A stretch of DNA of 64,000 nt. It comes from Eledone cirrhosa. Its lineage: Eukaryota. The translations under genes and the position numbers were made by a program. Shown piece by piece: positions 24,173 through 35,819 of this stretch. The first letter of the stretch is position 1. Each line of letters starts with the position of its first letter. The notes under the pieces were generated by a model. The model saw nothing but the letters and a program-made list of their open reading frames with translations. It had not been told where the DNA came from and did no database searches. The stretch lies in assembly GCA_964016885.1 (NCBI GenBank), contig OZ024743.1, positions 338,768,001 through 338,832,000 on the forward strand, given 5' to 3'.

Positions 24173-26049
24173 CAACGACCCGACAACAGGACCACCAACA
24201 AGACTCGTATGCGGAGCTAATATAGCTAGCAACTACAGGATCTCCTACTTCCTCTCAATGGTTATACGCCCCATAATCAAGATGTCCCCAGATGTATGTG
24301 ACAGTACAGGGGACCTCCTCAGCAGAATCAGTGAGTGCAATAAAAACAGGAGCCTATCCATCTGCATAATAGGCAGCATGGATGTGGTGTCACTGTACCC
24401 ATCCATTAACATTGATTTTGCTGTGAAAAGATGTGTGGAGATGATCATTGAGAGTGAGGTGGAGTTCTGCGACGTCGACACAGACGAACTGGGCCTCGTA
24501 CTTAGACTTACCTACGACACTGACTACCTAGACAGCCATGACCTTAGATGTTTCTGCCCTAGTAGACCTATAAGAGGTAAACCCCCACCATAACCTCAAT
24601 GGCAAAAAAGACTAACATGGGAAGGTGGATTGGGTGGACCAAAGCTATACGGACCCCCCAAAACAATGATCAGGTAAGAAAAATGGTCGCACATGCAATA
24701 GCGGCTAGTATCAAAACTACCCTAAAGGGCCACATATTTAAGTTCAACGAGAAGATCTACACCCAAAATGAGGGAGCAGCCATCGGCGTCAGCATAGCTG
24801 GTGATGTTGCCAACCTTTTCATGGTATGGTGGGAAAGGAGACTTAAAGATCTCCTTAATGAAGCTCCATAGACCTCATCATGTACTCTCGTTATGTAGAC
24901 GATATCAATAAAGTTATAAGAACACCCCCACTAGAGAGCACTAACAAGTTTGATTTAGAACGTAGCACAATGGAAAGCATCCAGCAGATAGCTAATTCCA
25001 TACACCAGAGTATAACTGTAACTATCGACTTCCCTTCCAAACACCCTAACAATAGACTACCTGTATTAGACACAGAACTCTGGATTAACACTATAGACGA
25101 GAGAACCCAAATTCTCCACTCACACTATGCTAAACCCATGGCCTCCAAATACCTGATACTCAAAAACTCAGCAATGTCCAGTAGTGCTAAGTTTAATATT
25201 CTGATCGCAGATTTGGTACGAGTGATGAAGAATGTGTCCCGCATGTGCGACCCAACAGAAATGGAAAGACACATCCAACACTTCATCAACCACATGCAGT
25301 TCTCTGGCTACAACCAAAGAGAGAGAGTCAGAGTATACGAAGGAGCCATGGAAAAGTATAAGATCCTCATAGAACTGGACATGAAAGGAATTTGCCCATT
25401 ATACAGGAGCAAATCATGGAATAGCTTAGATAGGGCTAGACATAAGATAGGGAAAGCCACCTCATGGTACGACAACCAGAGATACCAGAGTGTCATGTTT
25501 GTGGACGCCACCCCTGGAGGGAAATTAGCTAACCAGTGTAGAAAGGCCCCGAGAAAGACCCACTTAAAAGTAAAGGTGGTAGAAAAGCCAGGAACCACCA
25601 TAAAATCCCTGATCAGCAAAACCTACCCTTTTAAGAAAACCCACTGTACCAATAGGAAATGTATCATATGTAAGGTGAACGCCCGGATAAACTGTAAAAC
25701 TAGAAACGTAGTCTATAGCATAAAATGTACAGCGGGTACTTGCAGAAACATGACAACAACATACATAGGTGAGACAGCTCGTAGCGTAGGTGAAAGGATA
25801 GACCAACACTGGGGGGAACTAAAAGGACGAAAAACCGGGTCAGTACTATACGAACATGCTAGACAACAACATGACGGTAACATAGACAACATAGAAATTA
25901 GAATAATATCTAAACATAGAAATGACCCAGCAGATAGGCAAATCAGAGAGGCCAGTGAAATAGAAATTAGAAGACCAAGGCTAAATAGAAAGAATGAATG
26001 GAATAACAACAACACCCAAACAAACAACACTGACCTAAGAGAAGTATAA
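24173..26049 (+). pseudogene. PLE RT-GIY-YIG ORF, 5'-truncated, 2 frameshifts
   Basis: ORF pieces 24144-24593, 24599-24871, 24880-26049. Confidence 0.9.
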
Positions 26050-26273
26050 ATAAGTAAATAAAATAAAATAAATAAATAAATAAATACATACACAAGCACA
26101 ATAACAACAAGCACATAAACACACACTAGTCAACAAAACACTATACACACACGCAAACGCATGCGCAAAGAAGATAAAATAAAATAAACAAACAAGCAAA
26201 TAAATAAATAAATATATAGACAGACTGAATAAAAATGGCGTAGACATACAATACAACAGGAGGAAGATATAAC

Positions 26274-26315
26274 ACCACTGACGATGTTGCAGATGTGCAA
26301 CGAAAGATTTATGAT
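26274..26315 (+). ncRNA. Minimal type I hammerhead in PLE 3' region (mirror on - at 22526-22567)
   Basis: acca-CTGACGA-t-gttgca/tgcaac-GAAA-gatt-TA-tgat. Confidence 0.7.
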
Positions 26316-26576
26316 AAACTATATATATGTGTTTGTGTCTATATTGTATCTGTATTATTTTTGACCGTCGGTCAGTCAATGGCAACATTGAGGACCGAGT
26401 AAGTTAGATTACCGATATAAAAAACACAGAAGCGAGAAGCGAAAACCAACCAAACAGTGAGTGTGTTCTGTTATTGATTCTGGCAATATTACACAAATAT
26501 GACCCTCCCCAAGTATAACAATATTTGTTTCGACACACGATTTCATATAAAAAACCTCGCAGAACTAATTCACCGC

Positions 26577-26657
<81 letters not shown>

Positions 26658-26815
26658 TACAGGGAGTGTAACGCGGAGTTACTGTATATAGGTTTACGCG
26701 GATGAGCACTCGATGTTTAGCTTCACGTCGGTATCGAGGTGTAGAGCTAGACAGAGTGTAGTATAATAAAATAAGACAAGGGCGATTGGTTACACCTTCA
26801 TTACGTTTATTGGTT

Positions 26816-26900
26816 GGTGACGCGCGTTTCGCTATTGATCAGCTCAAGGTTCGATCTGAATCGATCTAAACGTACTCTATAATCAACTGCTCATCGGACC
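26816..26900 (-). ncRNA. Hammerhead with extended stem II and U4C core change
   Basis: ggt-CCGATGA-gcagttgatta...tgatcaatagc-GAAA-cgcgcg-TC-acc, followed by AATAAA. Confidence 0.6.
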
Positions 26901-27104
26901 TCTTTGGTAGTAATGGCGGAATGAATATACATGGCGTATGAGAAAGTCTAATGTTCATATGCTGGTCAGTGAGATTTGTTTTGACATGTGTGTATATATG
27001 TGTGTGTATATATATTGGGGGAGGGGGGGAAGCCTCAACAATGCAGATGGGTAAATCTCCGGGTAACAGAATCCGGTGGTGAAGAAAGAGATGTAAGGGA
27101 ATGT

Positions 27105-28335
27105 GTACAACGTCCATGTCTCGGATAAATACAATAGTGCGGAGAGTACAAATGTGATGTATACAGCAATCTTAGTCTTCAATTCAATATGACGTTGTGA
27201 CCAGACTTTAATTTCTAGTCCATCAGAGGCATTTTGTATACGAGATCTGATTTCAGCTTGTATCCCACTGTCAAGGTATTCAAAGGAGGCCGCCGTCCTT
27301 AATATTGTTCTCTTAACCATGATTCGATGTGCAATTGTCTGTTCCCCATGAGCAGGTTGATGATTTACAACAGTCTTGTTCAAATTAATTATAAGACCGA
27401 ACACATCACAAGCAAGCCCTCCTCGGTGTGATTTATTAGGTCGCAGTCATCTGCATATAGAAGGTCACGGATCAAAGAGGTGAAGGCTTTAGAGTTGAAT
27501 CTCATTCTTGTTTAATTGAACATATTGCCTGAAGAGCGATATCGGATAAAGACTCCGTCTATTGCTGCTGCAAAGGCAGCATCGCTGCAAAATATATGGC
27601 GAAGAGTGTTGGTGTTTCAAGGTCACCCTGCCTTACTCCATTTTCCACTGCAAACGGTTCCAAAATTAATAGGGCTCTTCATATCCTTATGAAAGACTTT
27701 AATCATATTTACAAACTTTTCAGGACAGTCAAACTCTTTCAACACCAATCACAATGCAGTCCTCTTAACAGTGTCTAACGCTTTGCTAAGGTCTACAAAG
27801 CAGTGATATAACCCCATGTTTTACTCCGTGCATTTTTCTTGTAGCAGGTGGATAGTGAAAATCATGTCAACTGTCCCGCGAAAGGGGAAAAAGCCACACT
27901 GGTATTCTGACACAGCTCTTGGAACGATGAATGTGTGAAAACGCTTTGAAGGAATACACGAGAGTACTTTTCTTACAAGAGATAACAAAGATATGCCACG
28001 AAAATTACCACATAAATCTTTAGGAGCAGACTTAAAAAGTGATATTAAAATAGCATTGACCCAGTCCTGTGGTACTTCCTCCGCTCTCCAACTACAAAAG
28101 TAGTGAGTGAAGCATTTCGATCATCATCTGTCCACTACGTTTCAATATGTCTGAACTGATACCATCGATACGGGATATTTATTGTTATTTAACTTCTTCC
28201 CAGCTGCGGTGATGTCATCTACTGAAGGATCAGAAGATATTTCTTCGATGACTGGAAGGTTATCCATTCTCTCAATTATGCCTATATTCACGCATGATGA
28301 CCTGTTAAGCAGACCTGAGTAGTGTTGCACCAACG
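27105..28335 (-). mobile_element. Degenerate RTE/BovB-like LINE
   Basis: FRGTVDMIF..LQEKC, GVRQG, LLYADD, FGLIINLNKT, LLYLSETWT remnants. Confidence 0.8.
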
Positions 28336-28339
28336 TTTT

Positions 28340-28844
28340 TGTATAGATATGATATCAACGGATCTCACAGGGCAATATCGCAGTTGTTCTAGGACGAAAT
28401 ATAGCGAGATCTTTCCACGCCTTGAACCTTGGGTGACACCTAAAGGTCAAACTCTAGGTAACCACCCTTTTGGTGTGAACAGGTTCATGCGTGGGCTATC
28501 CCCTCAAGGTGGGAGACAGAAAGCGACAGGTATATAAAGCCTATATTTTCCCACTTTAGATACAGAGAGATCGAAGCACCACGATACAGACAAGCTATGT
28601 GAAAGATTCACCGCTACCTTCAGGCCGCCGAGGTCTACAGACAACTACAGACCATTATTCTTTCTCTCTCCTGGTCTCAGACTACACCAGCCTCATTAAC
28701 CAACAACAAAATAACATCGTCAACCTTCGCGACTCGTGGTAACTTGTTTATTGTTATTTTTGACTGAAGTGAAGCAAACCTTTTTATATGTAAAGTAAAT
28801 CATCTATTCTTGTTATTTCATCAAACAATCTCTACTTCGTTACA
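28340..28844 (+). mobile_element. Possible solo LTR
   Basis: TGTA...TACA termini, internal TATATAAAG; no clear TSD. Confidence 0.3.
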
Positions 28845-29176
28845 TATATATATATATATATATATAAATTGAAACAAAATGAAAACGAAATTTCATTTCT
28901 CACTCTTAGTATGGCACTTACTTAAATGTAAGTATGCATGTATACGTACATACATATATGTATACAGACGTACAGTAGCATGCACATATATATATATATA
29001 TATATACATATATACATACATATGCATACAGGTACACATACATATATGCACGTATCAATTTAGCGGCGCTTATTATAACGTCACTTTGTTCGTTTGTAAA
29101 CAAACTGAACAGCCTGAATTTATGCCATACGGTGTTAAGGCAACCACGTCACCTTTTTGTTCAACACTGACACAGG

Positions 29177-31127
29177 AACGATGTACTAGTTTCAAGCTTG
29201 TTAGCTATCATCAGCACCGTTTACCCATCTGCCAGATAGTTGAACGTTCGAAAGTATATACTTTCCTTATGAAAATTAACGGCTGAGCAGCCTAATTTGC
29301 ATATTGAGTGAGTTAAATCGGTCAGGCATACCGAAAACGATAAATTGAAACAAAATGAAAACGAAATTTCATTTCTCACTCTTAGTATGGCACTTACTTA
29401 AATGTAAGTATGCATGTATACGTACATACATATATGTATACAGACGTACAGTAGCATGCACATATATATATATATATATATATACATATATACATACATA
29501 TGCATACAGGTACACATACATATATGCACGTATCAATTTAGCGGCGCTTATTATAACGTCACTTTGTTCGTTTGTAAACAAACTGAACAGCCTGAATTTA
29601 TGCCATACGGTGTTAAGGCAACCACGTCACCTTTTTGTTCAACACTGACACAGGAACGATGTACTAGTTTCAAGCTTGTTAGCTATCATCAGCACCGTTT
29701 ACCCATCTGCCAGATAGTTGAACGTTCGAAAGTATATACTTTCCTTATGAAAATTAACGGCTGAGCAGCCTAATTTGCATATTGAGTGAGTTAAATCGGT
29801 CAGGCATACCGAAAACGATAAATTGAAACAAAATGAAAACGAAATTTCATTTCTCACTCTTAGTATGGCACTTACTTAAATGTAAGTATGCATGTATACG
29901 TACATACATATATGTATACAGACGTACAGTAGCATGCACATATATATATATATATATATACATATATACATACATATGCATACAGGTACACATACATATA
30001 TGCACGTATCAATTTAGCGGCGCTTATTATAACGTCACTTTGTTCGTTTGTAAACAAACTGAACAGCCTGAATTTATGCCATACGGTGTTAAGGCAACCA
30101 CGTCACCTTTTTGTTCAACACTGACACAGGAACGATGTACTAGTTTCAAGCTTGTTAGCTATCATCAGCACCGTTTACCCATCTGCCAGATAGTTGAACG
30201 TTCGAAAGTATATACTTTCCTTATGAAAATTAACGGCTGAGCAGCCTAATTTGCATATTGAGTGAGTTAAATCGGTCAGGCATACCGAAAACGATAAATT
30301 GAAACAAAATGAAAACGAAATTTCATTTCTCACTCTTAGTATGGCACTTACTTAAATGTAAGTATGCATGTATACGTACATACATATATGTATACAGACG
30401 TACAGTAGCATGCACATATATATATATATATATATACATATATACATACATATGCATACAGGTACACATACATATATGCACGTATCAATTTAGCGGCGCT
30501 TATTATAACGTCACTTTGTTCGTTTGTAAACAAACTGAACAGCCTGAATTTATGCCATACGGTGTTAAGGCAACCACGTCACCTTTTTGTTCAACACTGA
30601 CACAGGAACGATGTACTAGTTTCAAGCTTGTTAGCTATCATCAGCACCGTTTACCCATCTGCCAGATAGTTGAACGTTCGAAAGTATATACTTTCCTTAT
30701 GAAAATTAACGGCTGAGCAGCCTAATTTGCATATTGAGTGAGTTAAATCGGTCAGGCATACCGAAAACGATAAATTGAAACAAAATGAAAACGAAATTTC
30801 ATTTCTCACTCTTAGTATGGCACTTACTTAAATGTAAGTATGCATGTATACGTACATACATATATGTATACAGACGTACAGTAGCATGCACATATATATA
30901 TATATATATATACATATATACATACATATGCATACAGGTACACATACATATATGCACGTATCAATTTAGCGGCGCTTATTATAACGTCACTTTGTTCGTT
31001 TGTAAACAAACTGAACAGCCTGAATTTATGCCATACGGTGTTAAGGCAACCACGTCACCTTTTTGTTCAACACTGACACAGGAACGATGTACTAGTTTCA
31101 AGCTTGTTAGCTATCATCAGCACCGTT
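29177..31127 (-). ncRNA. Five type I hammerheads (29177-29221, 29655-29699, 30131-30175, 30607-30651, 31083-31127)
   Basis: Reverse complement AACGGTG-CTGATGA-tAGCTaacaAGCTt-GAAA-CTAG-TA-CATCGTT. Confidence 0.88.
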
Positions 31128-31769
31128 TACCCATCTGCCAGATAGTTGAACGTTCGAAAGTATATACTTTCCTTATGAAAATTAACGGCTGAGCAGTCTA
31201 ATTTGCATATTGAGTGAGTTAAATCGGTCAGGCATACCGAAAACGATAAATTGAAACAAAATGAAAACGAAATTTCATTTCTCACTCTTAGTATGGCACT
31301 TACTTAAATGTAAGTATGCATGTATACGTACATACATATATGTATACATACATATATGTATACAGACGTGGTTGCCTTAACACCGTATGGCATAAATTCA
31401 GGCTGTTCAGTTTGTTTACAAACGAACAAAGTGACGTTATAATAAGCGCCGCTAAATTGATACGTGCATATATGTATGTGTACCTGTATGCATATGTATG
31501 TATATATGTATATATATATATATATATATATGCATGCTACTGTACGTCTGTATACATATATGTATGTACGTATACATGCATACTTACATTTAAGTAAGTG
31601 CCATACTAAGAGTGAGAAATGAAATTTCGTTTTCATTTTGTTTCAATTTATCGTTTTCGGTATGCCTGACCGATTTAACTCACTCAATATGCAAATTAGG
31701 CTGCTCAGCCGTTAATTTTCATAAGGAAAGTATATACTTTCGAACGTTCAACTATCTGGCAGATGGGTA

Positions 31770-33246
31770 AACGGTGCTGATGATAGCTAACAAGCTTGAA
31801 ACTAGTACATCGTTCCTGTGTCAGTGTTGAACAAAAAGGTGACGTGGTTGCCTTAACACCGTATGGCATAAATTCAGGCTGTTCAGTTTGTTTACAAACG
31901 AACAAAGTGACGTTATAATAAGCGCCGCTAAATTGATACGTGCATATATGTATGTGTACCTGTATGCATATGTATGTATATATGTATATATATATATATA
32001 TATATATGTGCATGCTACTGTACGTCTGTATACATATATGTATGTACGTATACATGCATACTTACATTTAAGTAAGTGCCATACTAAGAGTGAGAAATGA
32101 AATTTCGTTTTCATTTTGTTTCAATTTATCGTTTTCGGTATGCCTGACCGATTTAACTCACTCAATATGCAAATTAGGCTGCTCAGCCGTTAATTTTCAT
32201 AAGGAAAGTATATACTTTCGAACGTTCAACTATCTGGCAGATGGGTAAACGGTGCTGATGATAGCTAACAAGCTTGAAACTAGTACATCGTTCCTGTGTC
32301 AGTGTTGAACAAAAAGGTGACGTGGTTGCCTTAACACCGTATGGCATAAATTCAGGCTGTTCAGTTTGTTTACAAACGAACAAAGTGACGTTATAATAAG
32401 CGCCGCTAAATTGATACGTGCATATATGTATGTGTACCTGTATGCATATGTATGTATATATGTATATATATATATATATATATGTGCATGCTACTGTACG
32501 TCTGTATACATATATGTATGTACGTATACATGCATACTTACATTTAAGTAAGTGCCATACTAAGAGTGAGAAATGAAATTTCGTTTTCATTTTGTTTCAA
32601 TTTATCGTTTTCGGTATGCCTGACCGATTTAACTCACTCAATATGCAAATTAGGCTGCTCAGCCGTTAATTTTCATAAGGAAAGTATATACTTTCGAACG
32701 TTCAACTATCTGGCAGATGGGTAAACGGTGCTGATGATAGCTAACAAGCTTGAAACTAGTACATCGTTCCTGTGTCAGTGTTGAACAAAAAGGTGACGTG
32801 GTTGCCTTAACACCGTATGGCATAAATTCAGGCTGTTCAGTTTGTTTACAAACGAACAAAGTGACGTTATAATAAGCGCCGCTAAATTGATACGTGCATA
32901 TATGTATGTGTACCTGTATGCATATGTATGTATATATGTATATATATATATATATATATATGTGCATGCTACTGTACGTCTGTATACATATATGTATGTA
33001 CGTATACATGCATACTTACATTTAAGTAAGTGCCATACTAAGAGTGAGAAATGAAATTTCGTTTTCATTTTGTTTCAATTTATCGTTTTCGGTATGCCTG
33101 ACCGATTTAACTCACTCAATATGCAAATTAGGCTGCTCAGCCGTTAATTTTCATAAGGAAAGTATATACTTTCGAACGTTCAACTATCTGGCAGATGGGT
33201 AAACGGTGCTGATGATAGCTAACAAGCTTGAAACTAGTACATCGTT
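31770..33246 (+). ncRNA. Four type I hammerheads (31770-31814, 32248-32292, 32724-32768, 33202-33246)
   Basis: Same 45-nt motif on +; predicted cleavage after GUA (first site after 31807). Confidence 0.88.
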
Positions 33247-33495
33247 CCTGTGTCAGTGTTGAACAAAAAGGTGACGTGGTTGCCTTAACACCGTATGGCA
33301 TAAATTCAGGCTGTTCAGTTTGTTTACAAACGAACAAAGTGACGTTATAATAAGCGCCGCTAAATTGATACGTGCATATATGTATGTGTACCTGTATGCA
33401 TATGTATGTATATATGTATATATATATATATATATATGTGCATGCTACTGTACGTCTGTATACATATATGTATGTACGTATACATGCATACTTAC

Positions 33496-33530
<35 letters not shown>

Positions 33531-34031
33531 TAAACGGAAAAGAAAATGCTGACAAATTGTTCCCAGTGAAAAATAGTTTAATTAGGAATAAGTAAAAATT
33601 AGTAATAGTATTGGTTAGTATTCAGTTTTGGTTTTAAGTTTTTACCGGTTGCGCATTTCTAATGCTTTTCAAAAATAATTTTGAGATACAGCGCCCGTCA
33701 TGTTTGCTCTAATCTGATTAGTTTTGGAAATTCTACCTGTTTTATGTGAAAAAAGTGGCTCCAGATGTATTAAAATAAGTTTCGCGCCAATTCGTGTTGC
33801 AAAAATTCTTGTGGTCAAAACAATTTTGATCGGTCGGTAGAGGTCATGTGAATGTTAAAAATTGATTTTGCGCCAAATGTAGGTTTGTCTCGGCTAACTG
33901 AGAAGTCCCTGAAAAATAAGTCTTTTAAGACAAATATGTGTGCGTGTGTGTGTAGTAGTAAAGAGGTTCATAGGATGTGTGTGTGAATTGCAGTCATGTT
34001 GACAGGTCAACAGTTCAGGTGCCTATTAAGA

Positions 34032-34116
<85 letters not shown>

Positions 34117-34291
34117 CAGAGTATTTCGTGGTAGAGGGATCGGTCAGTAGGAATGTGTCTGTACGTGTGTGGGGGATATTTTAACATGTTAAAAGGTATT
34201 TTTCAGCTCTTGTCTTATACGGAGAAGTGTGTGTGTGTGTGTATATGTCTCTTTGTATGTTAGTGTACGCGTGTGTATGTGTGTGTGTGTG

Positions 34292-34359
<68 letters not shown>

Positions 34360-34736
34360 TATGTGTGCGGGGGGGGGGGGGAGACCAGTATTTTTGTGAT
34401 ACTGGTGAAAATGGTGTACATTATTCGATATTTTCAGTAAAAACGATTCTCTCAATAGAACATCAAAAATCTTAATAATAAAAGGTGTGAAATGATATAT
34501 AGTATTGTCATAACACCAAGGTGTGTGTGAGTGTCCAGATTGTACGTACTGCAAGGGGAATCCATTAGGCCCTGCCGTATTGTGTACAAATATGTATGTG
34601 CCCATCAGTGTGCAATGCATGTGTGCGTATATGTATGTGTGTCGGCACGTTTATATCTATAGACATCAAAAGGTATGCAAATTTGTGTATATTTGTGTTG
34701 CACCATAAAATATGTGTTTACGTATGTCATTGTGTT

Positions 34737-34866
<130 letters not shown>

Positions 34867-34897
34867 TACATACATACGTACATATACATATACATAT

Positions 34898-35520
34898 GAT
34901 GGCTGCCCCCGCAATATCGAGTATGGCCATTGCACAATTTAACATTATTAATAATTATTAATTAATGCTATCATGCAAAGCCTGTGCGTGAAGATTTTTT
35001 TTAAAGTGAAAATAAACTGTGCACTGAGCCAATCCTACTCTCTGGGCGACAGTAGCTATAAACCGAAAATAAGAAAAGATCAACACCATCTGTAACTACT
35101 GAGCTGCAGGTTTTATGTCGGAGTCATTCCAGTTTCCTGAGTTGCCTTCTCCTAGAAGGATGCCCTGACAAATGTTAGGGGTCCTTCATTCCCAGTGGTT
35201 TTAAGTGCATGATCGGGTATCCAGCCCTATTATTTCTATGTCCCCGGGCATATTTATACATATGTATGCATGTATATACATATATACATACACACATATA
35301 TACATATTTACACATTTTTGGATGGACGTTGCCTCTTATGAGTTCTTCCGCCATTTGTCAAGTTTTGTTTTTTGTCCTGCAGGGTGTCCAAAATAACCCT
35401 TATAACCAAACAAACTTGGTGGGGTTGCCGGTTTAGTCACTGACGACCCGACCATGCGACAAGTTGCACTGGGTTAGATGTTACCAGTAGCACTCAAGAG
35501 TGAACCGACTTAACATATAT
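34898..35520 (+). repeat. Diverged solo copy of the 18788-21570 unit family
   Basis: Shared CCTTCTCCTAGAA, CCTGCAGG and GGTGGGGTTGCC...GACCCGACCATG...TTACCAGTAGCA blocks. Confidence 0.75.
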
Positions 35521-35533
35521 ATATACATATATG

Positions 35534-35644
<111 letters not shown>

Positions 35645-35819
35645 CTTTTGAAAACAGCTGGTGATATGCATGTAAGTAAATATTCTCTTTATTTGATAGT
35701 TTGTAACTAACCTTACATAGATCAATTACTGGGTATAGATACAATGTATTATCATCATCTAGAAACGATCGTAAAGCAGTGAAGTATATCTCTAATGACT
35801 TTATTTTTTATTTCATTGT

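Larger units (their letters stand above)
22473..26368. mobile_element. Penelope-like element in head-to-head configuration (1.7-kb inverted arms 22473-24172 and 24670-26368)
   Basis: RT (SMDVVSLYPSI, GAAIGVSIAGDVANLFM, SRYVDD) and GIY-YIG (VVYSI..C, YIGETAR, HARQQH) on +; near-identical inverted copy on -. Confidence 0.95.
28866..33499. repeat. 476/478-bp tandem array with central inversion; retrozyme-like
   Basis: ~5.2 units in one orientation and ~4.5 inverted, junction at 31365-31369; flanked by (TA)n on both sides. Confidence 0.97.

Noticed and set aside
28866-33499. CRISPR array
   Set aside because: Identical long units with no unique spacers; eukaryotic context
28879-33595. Repeated 61-135 aa ORFs (MKTKFHFSLL...)
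   Set aside because: Frames shift with (TA)n length between units and contain YIYI microsatellite translation; not protein-coding
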